A stretch of DNA of 61,797 nt, filler included, from Sanchytrium tribonematis (GCA_018985235.1; 7 parts of 7 records of this genome joined end to end with filler, not necessarily neighbours in it); one strand, 5' to 3'. Counted from the whole stretch's first letter, positions 33,702 through 44,205 are shown. Program-made: numbers and translations. Notes: generated by a model from the sequence alone, not told the origin.

Positions 33702-35045
33702 ATGTCTGCTACAACTAATCATTGTTTGCAATCATACAAAAGTCACAGCTTGATTGAGTTGATTATCTCAATGTTCTTCTTTGCTGTCTTTTCAATAGGA
33801 GTATCAATGAATGGCCAATTTGTAATCCTTATTGGGCTTTCAGGTTGCTGTTTGCAAATTTTAGAATACAAGTTTTTTTTCAGAGTACGTAAATACAATC
33901 ACCAAATGCAAGAGGTCAACAAAATGTCAAGAGCTACTCTTGGATCAAAAATGGTTACAATCAAATCTAATACTAGTCCACAAAACATATCAGAATTTGA
34001 ACCTTTCAAATTGCAGCAATCAGATTCACAACGTGAGGTTGCCACAGACTTAAAATCTGAGTGCCAAGAGCCTATTAAAATGCCAAATTCTTTCAAATCA
34101 GACAAACCAACCTACGAGCCAACGATTGGTCAGTCGAATCAATTTTTGACTCATTCGAAAGACAAAACAGTAATCTCAGAAATTGGTTCTTCTCTAAAAT
34201 TTGTGATGGATAATGACAATTGTCAAACGGCTCCTGATAGCAATCCGGAAATTCCAAAGAAGGTGGTTTTCAACTTTAATGAGCTATCTTCAAAAGCCGT
34301 CCCGCATCCAAATAATGATTCGCTATTCAATCCCACAACATTTAATTTCGCAGATAGACGAACAAAACCTTTCAATATTAAAAATGATAATGAGCCCTCA
34401 AAACCGGCTTCAAATAACATTCAAAATTCAAACACCTCTTCGCAGATAAAACTTACTAAAAGTGCAAGTGGATGTGAAGGCAAAGCAGGTTTAGAAAACT
34501 CCACAAGTTTTAGTTTTTATAATAGCAGTAATCCACGGACCTTCGCTTTCCCTACCTTTGAAATTACTCCCAGCTCTGAAATATACAACACCATTACAGC
34601 CCAAAAGCCTTTTAATAATATTTCCTTAGAAGAGTTGAGAGCGGAACACTATCAAATGACGAACAAATGCAGAAAAAAGTCAAACGATTCAATTTTTCCC
34701 TTCACAAGCAGCAATAGCCAAGATCGTCTTAAAAATTCAATTGATAGTCAGGCATCTGAGCCTGAAGTTCGCGAAACGTATATCTCAAATACCCTATACA
34801 GATGGTTTTTAAAAATTCAAACCTCTATATTTTATTGTGTAGATTGGTACGACGGTCTTAGTAATAAAAAGAGGAAGGAAGCTCAGCTTGACGCGATTTT
34901 GGCGCTTTCAATTTGGTTGATGTTTATTGGTTGGTGGCGAGAATGGTTTATTTTTGCTGGTGTTTCAATTTTCATGACTTGGGCTTATTTGGTCTCTTTT
35001 GAATTCAACAAAACATATAAAAATGTTAGAGTGAAAGACAACTAA
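33702..35045 (+). CDS. Membrane protein with terminal TM hairpins and an internal GLEBS-like motif
   Basis: Hydrophobic segments at both ends; YNTITAQKPFNNISLEELRAEHYQ. Confidence 0.65.
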   Translation: MSATTNHCLQSYKSHSLIELIISMFFFAVFSIGVSMNGQFVILIGLSGCCLQILEYKFFFRVRKYNHQMQEVNKMSRATLGSKMVTIKSNTSPQNISEFEPFKLQQSDSQREVATDLKSECQEPIKMPNSFKSDKPTYEPTIGQSNQFLTHSKDKTVISEIGSSLKFVMDNDNCQTAPDSNPEIPKKVVFNFNELSSKAVPHPNNDSLFNPTTFNFADRRTKPFNIKNDNEPSKPASNNIQNSNTSSQIKLTKSASGCEGKAGLENSTSFSFYNSSNPRTFAFPTFEITPSSEIYNTITAQKPFNNISLEELRAEHYQMTNKCRKKSNDSIFPFTSSNSQDRLKNSIDSQASEPEVRETYISNTLYRWFLKIQTSIFYCVDWYDGLSNKKRKEAQLDAILALSIWLMFIGWWREWFIFAGVSIFMTWAYLVSFEFNKTYKNVRVKDN

Positions 35046-35062
35046 AATAAATCCATTGTATC

Positions 35063-35398
35063 TTATAAATAAGTTGCTGATTTGCTGTACTGAGACAAGA
35101 CTGTGAATAATAACATCATAAAACTCCATAAAGGTGGTATTAAAGTGTTCATTTTAAATTCTCCGCTATTGTAAAAAACACCAATTAAAGCACCCACAAT
35201 TGCTCCATTAAACAATCCACTTAGCACCCCTACGAATATGAAAGTTATACAGCTGATCAGTGCGAACCATCCCTTGCGAATTAACATACATAACGCAACT
35301 AAACCACAAAGTGTGTAAATGCTGCCATATAATAATAATGACCAATAAACATGAAATAAAACGATATCCTCTAAATAATATAAATAAATGGGCTCTGG
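35063..35398 (-). CDS. TMEM170-family membrane protein, 5' truncated
   Basis: Frame open to the contig end: YLYYLEDIVLFHVYWSL...GALIGVFYNSGEFKMNTLIPPLW. Confidence 0.75.
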   Translation of the reverse strand, partial: PEPIYLYYLEDIVLFHVYWSLLLYGSIYTLCGLVALCMLIRKGWFALISCITFIFVGVLSGLFNGAIVGALIGVFYNSGEFKMNTLIPPLWSFMMLLFTVLSQYSKSATYL

Positions 35399-35498
35399 NN
35401 NNNNNNNNNNNNNNNNNNNNNNNNNNNNNNNNNNNNNNNNNNTTAATTAATTAANNNNNNNNNNNNNNNNNNNNNNNNNNNNNNNNNNNNNNNNNNNN
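35399..35498. other. Artificial contig spacer
   Basis: N44-TTAATTAATTAA-N44. Confidence 0.99.
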
Positions 35499-35990
35499 GG
35501 CTATTCTTAGGTACATTTATATAACATAGGTTTTCAAGGGCAAGATCCTAGTACAGATTTTAGAGGCATGGGTGAGCTCGCACTTGAGCAGTTGCACTTT
35601 TTTGTGACAATGCGGACTGAAGATGCCAAAACTATGCTGACTGCGTCTCATCATCCAATTTACTGGTTTAGTATGGCTTTGGTGTGCATTAATGTCTCTT
35701 CATTTGTCGTTGAACTACTTAATACCCGCAGACTACATCCTTATATGTATATCAGTTATTTGGAATTATGCAGACCACCTGGCAAAAACCGAAACTGTTT
35801 AAGTTATAAAGATCTTCTTCCGATAAAATATATTCATTTATTTTATTGCCAAATATGTATGGAATTTGTTGAGAGATGGCAATTAAATAATACCACAGTA
35901 ATTCAGTTTGAAATGTTTTTTAAAGAATTCAAGATCAAAATTGAACAAGAGTTGATACTGTCATATATGAAATATTTAATAAAGACTTGA
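35499..35990 (+). CDS. ELMO-domain (ELMOD) protein, C-terminal part
   Basis: After splicing: (W)LFLG|FQGQDPSTDFRGMGELAL; YWFSMALVCINVS. Confidence 0.88.
35511..35529 (+). other. 19-nt intron GTACATTTATATAACATAG
   Basis: Removal restores the WxxLGFQGxDPxTDFRG ELMO motif (phase 1); the upstream exon is only 12 nt before the contig edge. Confidence 0.8.
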
Positions 35991-35997
35991 ATTAAAT

Positions 35998-37737
35998 TTA
36001 TTGATGTTCATCCCCAGATGAATCATCCATATTGTTTATGCTTTGAGATCTAAAAATGGTATTCATTCCAACAGGAAATCCTCTTGGAACATAAAAATCT
36101 AAAACGATTATTTCTGAACGTTGATTTCTTGACAGCGCGACCACTAAATGCCTGTCAGTCAACTTTACCCTCCAAACATTCGTTACACCTGTAATAATAT
36201 CCCTGATGAATTCTCCAGTTTGAATATTGAACAATTTTACATGTCCATCGCATCCAACAACTAAAAAATGGGTATTGTGGGCCATACAGGTTACAGCAGA
36301 TAAATTAAGCTCTACTTGATGTAGAATAGGAAATGGAACATTCGTAGCTTGCGAATCACTTTGGCTCCAGGAATTGCCAAACATCGCATTTTGAACCGAA
36401 TGCCTATATATTGAATCTGGCAAATACCGATTATTTATCGGCGTTGCTTTAAACGGAGTTAGCCCATACATTCCATATACCTTTCTGGACTTGTTGCTTT
36501 GTGCCAGTTTTTCTTGAATAGCTAGAAAATCTCGTGGAAAAACTGTCACAGAGGAATCAGCGCTAGCGCTGACAACATATCTGTTTGATTTGTCAATAAT
36601 GCCTACCAATGATCTGTTATGATCAAGGGTGTAGAGGCATTGACCCGTTTTAATTTCCCACACACGAATAGAATTGTCTAAAGAGCCTGTCCAAACAAAT
36701 TTGTCGTCACAAACTACAGCGTAAACCTTGTCTTGATGTCCAACAAGCTCTTGGAGGCATTTTCCTTTATAGTCCCATATCCTTGCTGATCGATCGTAAC
36801 TGGCAGAGACAATATGCTTCGATGTACATGATAAGCTCCTCACAGAATCGTTATGCCCTTCCAATGTATATAAACAATGATAGTCATTGGATGATATCTG
36901 TGGTGATGTGCTCGGGGATGAAAAATGGTGCTGGTTGGGCATAGCAGAGGCCAAGTCACTTCGCCTGCGGGAAACATTGGTTCTAGAAACTGTAATGGCA
37001 TCCGGAGTGGACTCTGATGAACTTCCTTGCATGTCTTCCTCAGCCTCGTGAGAGTTTTGCAAATTTGATTTGCTCTCCTCAACAATTTTTGATAGATCCC
37101 ACATTTTGATATTTTTGTCTCTGCTTCCACTTACTAATATCCACTTGTAATCAACTATATTTACGCTAAGACATCGAATAGTTCCAGCGTGACCAGTCAA
37201 AACTGATAGATATTGTCCTTTGCTTAAATCTACTACATGTATATTTCTATCTGTGCTTCCTAAACATAATATGTTTTCAATTGCAGCTAGTGCCCAAATT
37301 CCACCGCCAAAGCGATTAAATTGATGCAAAAGCGAGTTTTTCTCCGTTACAGGATCCTTCAAAGAGCTCATTTTATAGACTTGTACGATAGGCTCGTCAA
37401 ACGTAGCTATGAGACCCTGAATTTCCACTTGCTCGTGAATCCATCGATGAACTAAAGTATTTGTTACGACCGCTGCCGGACAATTTAGCGAACTCGTGCT
37501 ATACTGACCATTACTGGTGGTATGATAAATGTAAAATAATTTTATATATTCTTCTTTATAATTAAGGATTGATGTAACATCGAAATCTCGTGCCAATAAT
37601 TCTTTCCAAATTCTACTATGGTTAAATATTAGGTTGAAGCTCTTACAAACCCCTGAGCAATTTAGAATATCATGTATAGTCAAATAACGCGATACATATA
37701 TAAGAGAATCAAAATTAAATTCTGTCATAAATTTCAA
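35998..37737 (-). CDS. F-box/WD40 protein (Cdc4/Fbw7-like)
   Basis: N-terminal F-box, multiple GH...WD repeats. Confidence 0.9.
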   Translation of the reverse strand: MKFMTEFNFDSLIYVSRYLTIHDILNCSGVCKSFNLIFNHSRIWKELLARDFDVTSILNYKEEYIKLFYIYHTTSNGQYSTSSLNCPAAVVTNTLVHRWIHEQVEIQGLIATFDEPIVQVYKMSSLKDPVTEKNSLLHQFNRFGGGIWALAAIENILCLGSTDRNIHVVDLSKGQYLSVLTGHAGTIRCLSVNIVDYKWILVSGSRDKNIKMWDLSKIVEESKSNLQNSHEAEEDMQGSSSESTPDAITVSRTNVSRRRSDLASAMPNQHHFSSPSTSPQISSNDYHCLYTLEGHNDSVRSLSCTSKHIVSASYDRSARIWDYKGKCLQELVGHQDKVYAVVCDDKFVWTGSLDNSIRVWEIKTGQCLYTLDHNRSLVGIIDKSNRYVVSASADSSVTVFPRDFLAIQEKLAQSNKSRKVYGMYGLTPFKATPINNRYLPDSIYRHSVQNAMFGNSWSQSDSQATNVPFPILHQVELNLSAVTCMAHNTHFLVVGCDGHVKLFNIQTGEFIRDIITGVTNVWRVKLTDRHLVVALSRNQRSEIIVLDFYVPRGFPVGMNTIFRSQSINNMDDSSGDEHQ

Positions 37738-37771
37738 AATAAAACAAGGGGCTGGTATATAGTACCGCCAT

Positions 37772-39277
37772 TTATTTTACTGACTGATCTATTTGCGCCA
37801 ACATGTACAATAATTTCTCTTGGTAACCTTCCGAAAGATGCGAGTAATGAGTAACTGCAAGATTTTTAATCTCGCTCAACTGGATGATGTCTTGAAAAGG
37901 GAATAAAAGCAAAGCACCTAAAGCAGATACAAAAACTTTGGAATTGTTACATTTTATGGCACTTATCAGGGTATATGTTAAGTCTAAAAGTACGACTTCG
38001 CTATTTTTGACGAAAGGGTATAGTTTTTCGATGCATAAACACGCATTCCACCGTAGCTGAAAGGGACCACTTAGGGCTGCTTTGTTAAATATTGAAACGA
38101 ATGAAATGACTTCATCGTGTCCAATTTCAGCGGGTTGCAGTAAATAAAATAATCGCAACCCTCCAAGCCGGTGTTTTTCGTTACTTTTACATATCTTGAG
38201 TGACAAATTTAGTAATCTACTCTTTGCTACTCCAAATGATATGTTGGAAATAAATTTTGGAGTAAATGCGGAAACACAGGTAGATGCTAACAATTTAAGC
38301 GCAAATCCTTTCTCGCTGTTAAATATGTTTTCTATTAAAGTAAATAAAGTAAGAGAGTCATTTACATCAAGCTGGTTTTGAGTGACCAATTTGTTTGCAA
38401 TTTTCCAACCTTGCTTAATAGGATGTAGCTCCATTTTCGATTGAGATTTGAAAGTGGACCGATCCAATCTAGACTTGGAACTCAATAGTTCGTGCATTAA
38501 ATCGATCTGATATTTCAGGCATAAATTAGTGTATAGCAAAATAGAGGAAATAATGAGCCTGTTTTCGAATAAAAGTGAAGCATTAGCTAAGCAATTTTCT
38601 GCTTCTACTTCCGACTTTGATACAAATAACGAATGTAAAAGTTTTGTCCAATTTCCAAGTATGGGAATGAATTTGAATTTGAGAATTGTTGGTCCCACAT
38701 AACAATCCATGTAATAAGGATTTTCTTCGATCGACCGGAAGATACGCCCTTCCGTACTCCGGGGTAGATTAATTTCTTTATGAGAAATCAAGACAATGAT
38801 TGCTATTTCATTTAATTTATCTACATGAGTTCTGGCAACTTCACGCAAATAATCAGCGTCACTTGCTATGTGAGTGAGATATTTCGTGGAGATTATAAGT
38901 TGAGATATATAAAAATAATAGTATTGATGATCAAGAAATGGAGCATGGCAAATTTTTCGAAATATATCCATCCGGAGTTCTGATTTTGATATATAAGATT
39001 TGCCTTTTCTACCATTTGTATCAATTAAATTCCATAAATTTGAATCCTGAACTATATATCCCATACATTTGTAGTGATCTGGCGTGTCAAAGTCGTATAT
39101 CTTTAAGCACAGCTGGTCAAAATAGTCTGCAAACCAATTCTGATTAAATTGAGATAACATTGATATAATTACCATGTGTTCAGAATCGAGAATGTATGTT
39201 GAAATAAGCGACTCGCAAGCCTTTATGTATTCTAGCTTTGTTAGAGTCCCTGTGTCAATTTTTGTAATTAAATCCAT
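37772..39277 (-). CDS. HEAT/ARM-repeat protein (HEATR6-like)
   Basis: QLRWNAC and NSKVFVSALGAL motifs; helical character. Confidence 0.55.
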   Translation of the reverse strand: MDLITKIDTGTLTKLEYIKACESLISTYILDSEHMVIISMLSQFNQNWFADYFDQLCLKIYDFDTPDHYKCMGYIVQDSNLWNLIDTNGRKGKSYISKSELRMDIFRKICHAPFLDHQYYYFYISQLIISTKYLTHIASDADYLREVARTHVDKLNEIAIIVLISHKEINLPRSTEGRIFRSIEENPYYMDCYVGPTILKFKFIPILGNWTKLLHSLFVSKSEVEAENCLANASLLFENRLIISSILLYTNLCLKYQIDLMHELLSSKSRLDRSTFKSQSKMELHPIKQGWKIANKLVTQNQLDVNDSLTLFTLIENIFNSEKGFALKLLASTCVSAFTPKFISNISFGVAKSRLLNLSLKICKSNEKHRLGGLRLFYLLQPAEIGHDEVISFVSIFNKAALSGPFQLRWNACLCIEKLYPFVKNSEVVLLDLTYTLISAIKCNNSKVFVSALGALLLFPFQDIIQLSEIKNLAVTHYSHLSEGYQEKLLYMLAQIDQSVK

Positions 39278-39298
39278 TTTTGAAAATAGTTGGAAACG

Positions 39299-40618
39299 AT
39301 GGAGAGATTTTTTTTGAAAAACAAGTTGCTAGCATCGAAAGCGCAGCTATCTAAAATACTAACCATATACAACCAAGAAAATATTATGAATTTTATTGAT
39401 TTGTATTACGACTTGGGAGGAGAATCGGGTCACTTAAATGATGCTTTGATAGACAAGATTATTTCTCACGAGTCAAACGATTTTAAATTAATTGATTTGT
39501 ACAAAGTTTCGAGTTTTAACAGTAATGCCACTCGAAAAATTCAGTGTTTTAAGAAATATTTTGCTCGAATGAGGGATTTAATTCATGAACAAGGATTTAA
39601 AACACAATCAATTCGATCCCTTCTAAGCCGACCAGGAATAGAAGCTGATATTTGCGGCATACTTTATAATGGTCCTGGAGACATGGCATTTATTGAAGAC
39701 GACACTGGAGAACTGCGCTTGATTCCTCCATCTAATGACACTCTTATCGGGCAAGGTATATATTACGACTCTGTATTTGTCTTGATGAAAGGCTCATATT
39801 CAAAAGACGAAAAGCAGTTTCTGGTAACTCATGTTGCACAGCCACCATTTATTGAAGAACTCGACATTTTGAAAGAGAGGGAGGTTGTCTCAAGATCTCT
39901 AGAATCATCATATTGCCTCTTTTTCAATGACGTATACCTCGACGATGAAGATGTTCAAAATGATTTTGTGTTTGCCTTGACAAAATACCATGAGAGAAAT
40001 ATTCGCATTATTTCGATAACCATTTCAAATTGTTTTCGGACAGATCAGGCGGACCAACAGCGATCGGCTGTGATTCATTTTGTTCGCAGACTCGGAACAG
40101 AGTTGCCCAGTCTTTTGAGAGATGTGCGCTTTATATTTGTACCTCCAAAAGACACTATAATTCCTACAGCGAGATACTCTGATTATATTTTTGGTCCTGT
40201 TGCTAATTCTTTTGACCATTTTTTTTTGGGATCAAATCCATTCTTATTAGATTGTTTTGGCAGATCAGTAAGCTTTTTCACAGGTGATTTTATGAGTCAA
40301 AGGAGTTTACTAAATATATCAAGTTCGGCGTCAAAAAGCTACCAAGCAGCGTTGACAATTGTATCGCAGCTGCGGGTAGTATGCTATAAAGCTGAGAATA
40401 TTCTGTATAGTGAAGAGCTATATTTTAAAAAGCTTCCATCAATTATAGTAACACCAAGTAGTGCAAAATGGAATGAATTTATATTTAAATGCAAATCACC
40501 TCAATTGAGCAGTACAATTGTGAATAATTGTGGATCTTTTGCTAGTGAGAAAACTTGGACAGCGTATCTTCCTTTTGAGCATCGTACAGAATGTTGTCAA
40601 ATTCCTAAAAAAAAGTAA
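39299..40618 (+). CDS. DPB2: DNA polymerase epsilon subunit B
   Basis: IEDDTGEL, GIYYDSVFVLMKG, QPPF, DVYLDD, FIFVP, SNP, LPSIIV. Confidence 0.8.
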   Translation: MERFFLKNKLLASKAQLSKILTIYNQENIMNFIDLYYDLGGESGHLNDALIDKIISHESNDFKLIDLYKVSSFNSNATRKIQCFKKYFARMRDLIHEQGFKTQSIRSLLSRPGIEADICGILYNGPGDMAFIEDDTGELRLIPPSNDTLIGQGIYYDSVFVLMKGSYSKDEKQFLVTHVAQPPFIEELDILKEREVVSRSLESSYCLFFNDVYLDDEDVQNDFVFALTKYHERNIRIISITISNCFRTDQADQQRSAVIHFVRRLGTELPSLLRDVRFIFVPPKDTIIPTARYSDYIFGPVANSFDHFFLGSNPFLLDCFGRSVSFFTGDFMSQRSLLNISSSASKSYQAALTIVSQLRVVCYKAENILYSEELYFKKLPSIIVTPSSAKWNEFIFKCKSPQLSSTIVNNCGSFASEKTWTAYLPFEHRTECCQIPKKK

Positions 40619-40620
40619 AT

Positions 40621-41574
40621 TTATTTGCTATCAAGAGTTTGCTTTAACATTTTTAATAAACCCTCCTTAGTTTTATTCCCACCGGTGAAACCACTTGCAT
40701 GGACGAACGTTCCGCCTGGCACACCTGAAGCTTTGTCTAATTCTGATTCTCTTAAACCTCGCCACTTTTCAGGAAGAGATAGCCTATTTTCGAAAGATCC
40801 TTCTTTAATCGAGACGCAAGTGACTCTCCATGTATTTTTATCTGGGTAAACACAGAATAAAGGGCGTTGTTTGATTTTTTTCGTCTTCAAAAGTTCTTCT
40901 TCTAATTCGTATACGTGTGACTTCCATGGCACATATTCATCTAATATCATAATTCCATCCTTCATTTCCAATAAACATTTTGAGATAACTTCACGACTAG
41001 GAAGCCACGATATCCCATATACTTCAATGGTTCTCAGCAAAATATCTTTCATCCAAGACATGGCCTTTGAAAACCTTTCATCTTGCAAGTCCTCAGGTTC
41101 CACATAAGTCCCATTCATTGATCCAATGATTGAAGAAATAGATGTATTATCCTTATATTTTGGCGTTTCGTTAGATGAAAATCGATCTACGCCATTGTCG
41201 ATTCCATCAAATGCTTCAATAAATGAGGAGTACATTTTCTGGAATATCTTCTCAGTTTTTGGTGAATCAGTTTTTAATACCTTCTCAATTAATTGTTTCC
41301 CATAATGCTTATAAACAAGACCAGCAGAAGACAATCTAGTAGTATATGCGCTGCTAAATGTATCTTGAAAAGATCTTTGATGATGGTCATATCTTTTGAT
41401 TTTGTGATCGTAGACACCACCAACATCAACCACATAATCACAATCCTTAAGAACTGATTCATCACGAGTCCTAATAATCTGAACTCCATTCATAATGACA
41501 TTGAGCATCGCACATGCCAAGACCTCATCTGCGTGAAATGTGCCACTATGTGTGCCAACTTTGATCATGGTCAT
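40621..41574 (-). CDS. MYG1: MYG1 exonuclease
   Basis: GTHSGTFHADE, VVDVGG, YDHHQ, LSSAGLVYKHYG, FVHASGFTGG. Confidence 0.97.
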   Translation of the reverse strand: MTMIKVGTHSGTFHADEVLACAMLNVIMNGVQIIRTRDESVLKDCDYVVDVGGVYDHKIKRYDHHQRSFQDTFSSAYTTRLSSAGLVYKHYGKQLIEKVLKTDSPKTEKIFQKMYSSFIEAFDGIDNGVDRFSSNETPKYKDNTSISSIIGSMNGTYVEPEDLQDERFSKAMSWMKDILLRTIEVYGISWLPSREVISKCLLEMKDGIMILDEYVPWKSHVYELEEELLKTKKIKQRPLFCVYPDKNTWRVTCVSIKEGSFENRLSLPEKWRGLRESELDKASGVPGGTFVHASGFTGGNKTKEGLLKMLKQTLDSK

Positions 41575-41693
41575 TTCACGGAGTAGCGGGGTTGATCATT
41601 GGTTCCAAACCATAAATCAGGTTCGCCATTGCCTCATTTGTTCTACGCGTAATTAGGTAGGAGGTTTCAAAACAACTCAAGTTCATGAATCAC

Positions 41694-43059
41694 TTAATTT
41701 ACTTGTCTACTTGGAAATGGTCTTTCCATTCCGATTTGGGGACCACTAGTATAATATAACTTTGGTCGATAGTCTGGATTCTCTCGCATGACATTGCTGT
41801 TACGGAACTTTTCAATCAAAGCATCAAGGCCTTGCTCGTCAGCGTATTTGATTGAACAGACTTTTACACTATTGAATCTTGGCCATCGCTTTCCATCTAA
41901 TGCCACGGTCAATCTGTAAACTGCTTCCAAGTTCACCAAATTAATGAATGCATATCCAACATTACAGTGGTTCTAAATGAATTAGGATTACTCTAAAGTC
42001 GATTCTTAAATACAAGAAGTCGAATTGTCCGTCGACATATCTTCTAATCAACTCCAACAGCTCACTATGGCTGTATCGATTTGGGATATTTCGAATCATC
42101 AATGTTGTTCGAACGTCATTTCCAATTCTTAAGTTGTGAAAGTCAATATCATGAGTATTGCGCATACGTCGTTGCCCGGGGGGTTGCAATTGAGGAACAG
42201 GTGGGACCGGAAAGAAGGTTTGACTGAGTGGCATCAAACTTTGATCGATTTCTCGGACTCTTCTACTTGTTGTTGCATATCCGAGACCAGTATCGAATTG
42301 ACGTGGAAATCCGGCTGTTTGTTGTCTCCACATGTTTGAGTTGACTACTGTGTCTGGAAGCTCAGTTCCAACGTTTAAACTACTCAACGTAGAACTCATA
42401 TCTTCTTCAAAGGTACTACTTCTTGGTGAAAACATTCCAGATGAGTTGGATGGAGAGAGAGGTGGATGTCGAGGTGCTTCATTCTCCACCATTGCATTAG
42501 TCATGTGTAACTCTCCTGCATCTCTGATTGTCACCTTCAAGTCATGATCCTCATACATTTTCGTTAAACAGGCTAATGCTCTCATTTTGCCGGTAATGCA
42601 GAAAAAGGTCACTTTCAAGACTGATTGAGTCAACCACATGGCATTTTTGACTTCTCCGCAAGTACCATGCAAGTTGGTAATAATGCTTCGATCTAAAGTT
42701 TCAAAAGTCTTGCCTTGTAAGTATTGAACTAAAATGGTGGAGCTCAATCGAACATACAACTCATTGTCTTGAAATCGTCTTACAATTTCATGCAAAGACG
42801 CAAAACGTGCCACCACTGTTTGATGTTGCAATCCATTCAACACGCTCATTTGGCGAACGCAAGGTAATGCTTTCACAGCATCTCGACAATCTAAATAGCA
42901 CAAGACATAGTAATGGCGGTTTAAAAAAGAATAGTTGACATAGGCAATAGCTCCAAACAATTGAAACAAGTCTTGATGTTTCTCTTCAACAAGTATTACA
43001 TTCTCAACCAAAATGCAATGCATATTTTCAGAAGAATAAGTTAAGCTTTGTTGTTGCAT
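41694..43059 (-). CDS. mei2: Mei2-like RNA-binding protein; exons 43059-41992 and 41972-41694
   Basis: DVRTTLMIRNIPNRY, FDFLYLRIDFR|NHCNVGYAFINL, YADEQGLDALIEKFRNSNVM. Confidence 0.92.
41973..41991 (-). other. 19-nt intron GTAATCCTAATTCATTTAG
   Basis: Removal restores the Mei2 RRM3 motif IDFxNxCNVGYAFIN. Confidence 0.95.
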
Positions 43060-43737
43060 TTAAAGAGCGTCGCTGTCCCGCTATTTATAGGCTTGGTGTC
43101 GTAAACATCGCCATTCATAAACCAATAGAGTCGTTTGAGGGGACCCATGTGGTCGATCGAAAATCACAAAGAAAAAATTTGTTTATTTATTTCTGATTTT
43201 ATTTACATTAAACCTAACTTTTAAAAATGGCAAATTTTGACTAAAAACTAGCTGTTGAAGTTCCGCAGCCCTTGTTCTCCTCATTTACAAGTGCAACAAA
43301 CCTCTAACCTCCCTGAAGGTTACTCCAAAGTCACTTTTGTTTTTATGCGCACTTGCAACTAGTGTTGCTTTAATCTATGGTATTTATTAAATGTATACTC
43401 TTGTTTTTTGCGATTTTTTTGTACCCGAAGTTTTGCCTTAACATGGAAATGTGCTACAACACATGTCATTTTTACTGCCTAGTATGATCCTTATATTCGC
43501 ATAAAACAATTTTGCGGTTCATGTCAATTTTCGCAAACAATGCATGACAGTCTTGGCTAAAATTGTCACTTCCCTAGTCTGGGATTCTTCCATAGCATAA
43601 GTTGATGAATAAGCTTCTATAAAATTGACCGTGAAGCCTAGTCTATATCAGTACCATAATATTTAGAGCGCAACCACCAAATTATTTAACAACTTAATAG
43701 ATTGACTAATCTTGGAAATTGAAACAGGGGATATACA

Positions 43738-44205
43738 ATGGAAGAACTTATTCCGCATATATTTTTACCAAGAAAGCTACCTGCAGAGGAGCATGATTGC
43801 GATCTAAAGATACATCGCCATTTTTGCGAGTTTATTTCTAAAGAAATTGTGCCTCAAAACATTAAAGAGACCTTCAGCAGATGGGCAAAGTTACAGCACA
43901 GCTCAATTCAATTAACGAATACGCCTGGGGAATATGCCTACTATATCAAGCGGCAAAATTGCGGTGTAATTTTGAATATACAAGAGGACGAAATTATATA
44001 TAGCGACTTTCAATGTGGTTTGAACGCCGAATATGTCATGCATCCTCATGATTATGTTGGAACATTTCCATCAAGCTGTATTAGAATTCCTCCTTTTCAG
44101 AATTATAGCGTAATACAAAAAGAACTGAATGATCTGGCATCAACTAGGTATGTTAAATCAACAACCCAGGTCAAAAAGGGTGGGCAGAAACATATTGAAA
44201 CAAGA
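43738..44205 (+). CDS. N-terminus of a large DUF6606/DUF3638-type protein, truncated
   Basis: HIFLPRKLP and YIKRQNCGVIL motifs. Confidence 0.65.
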
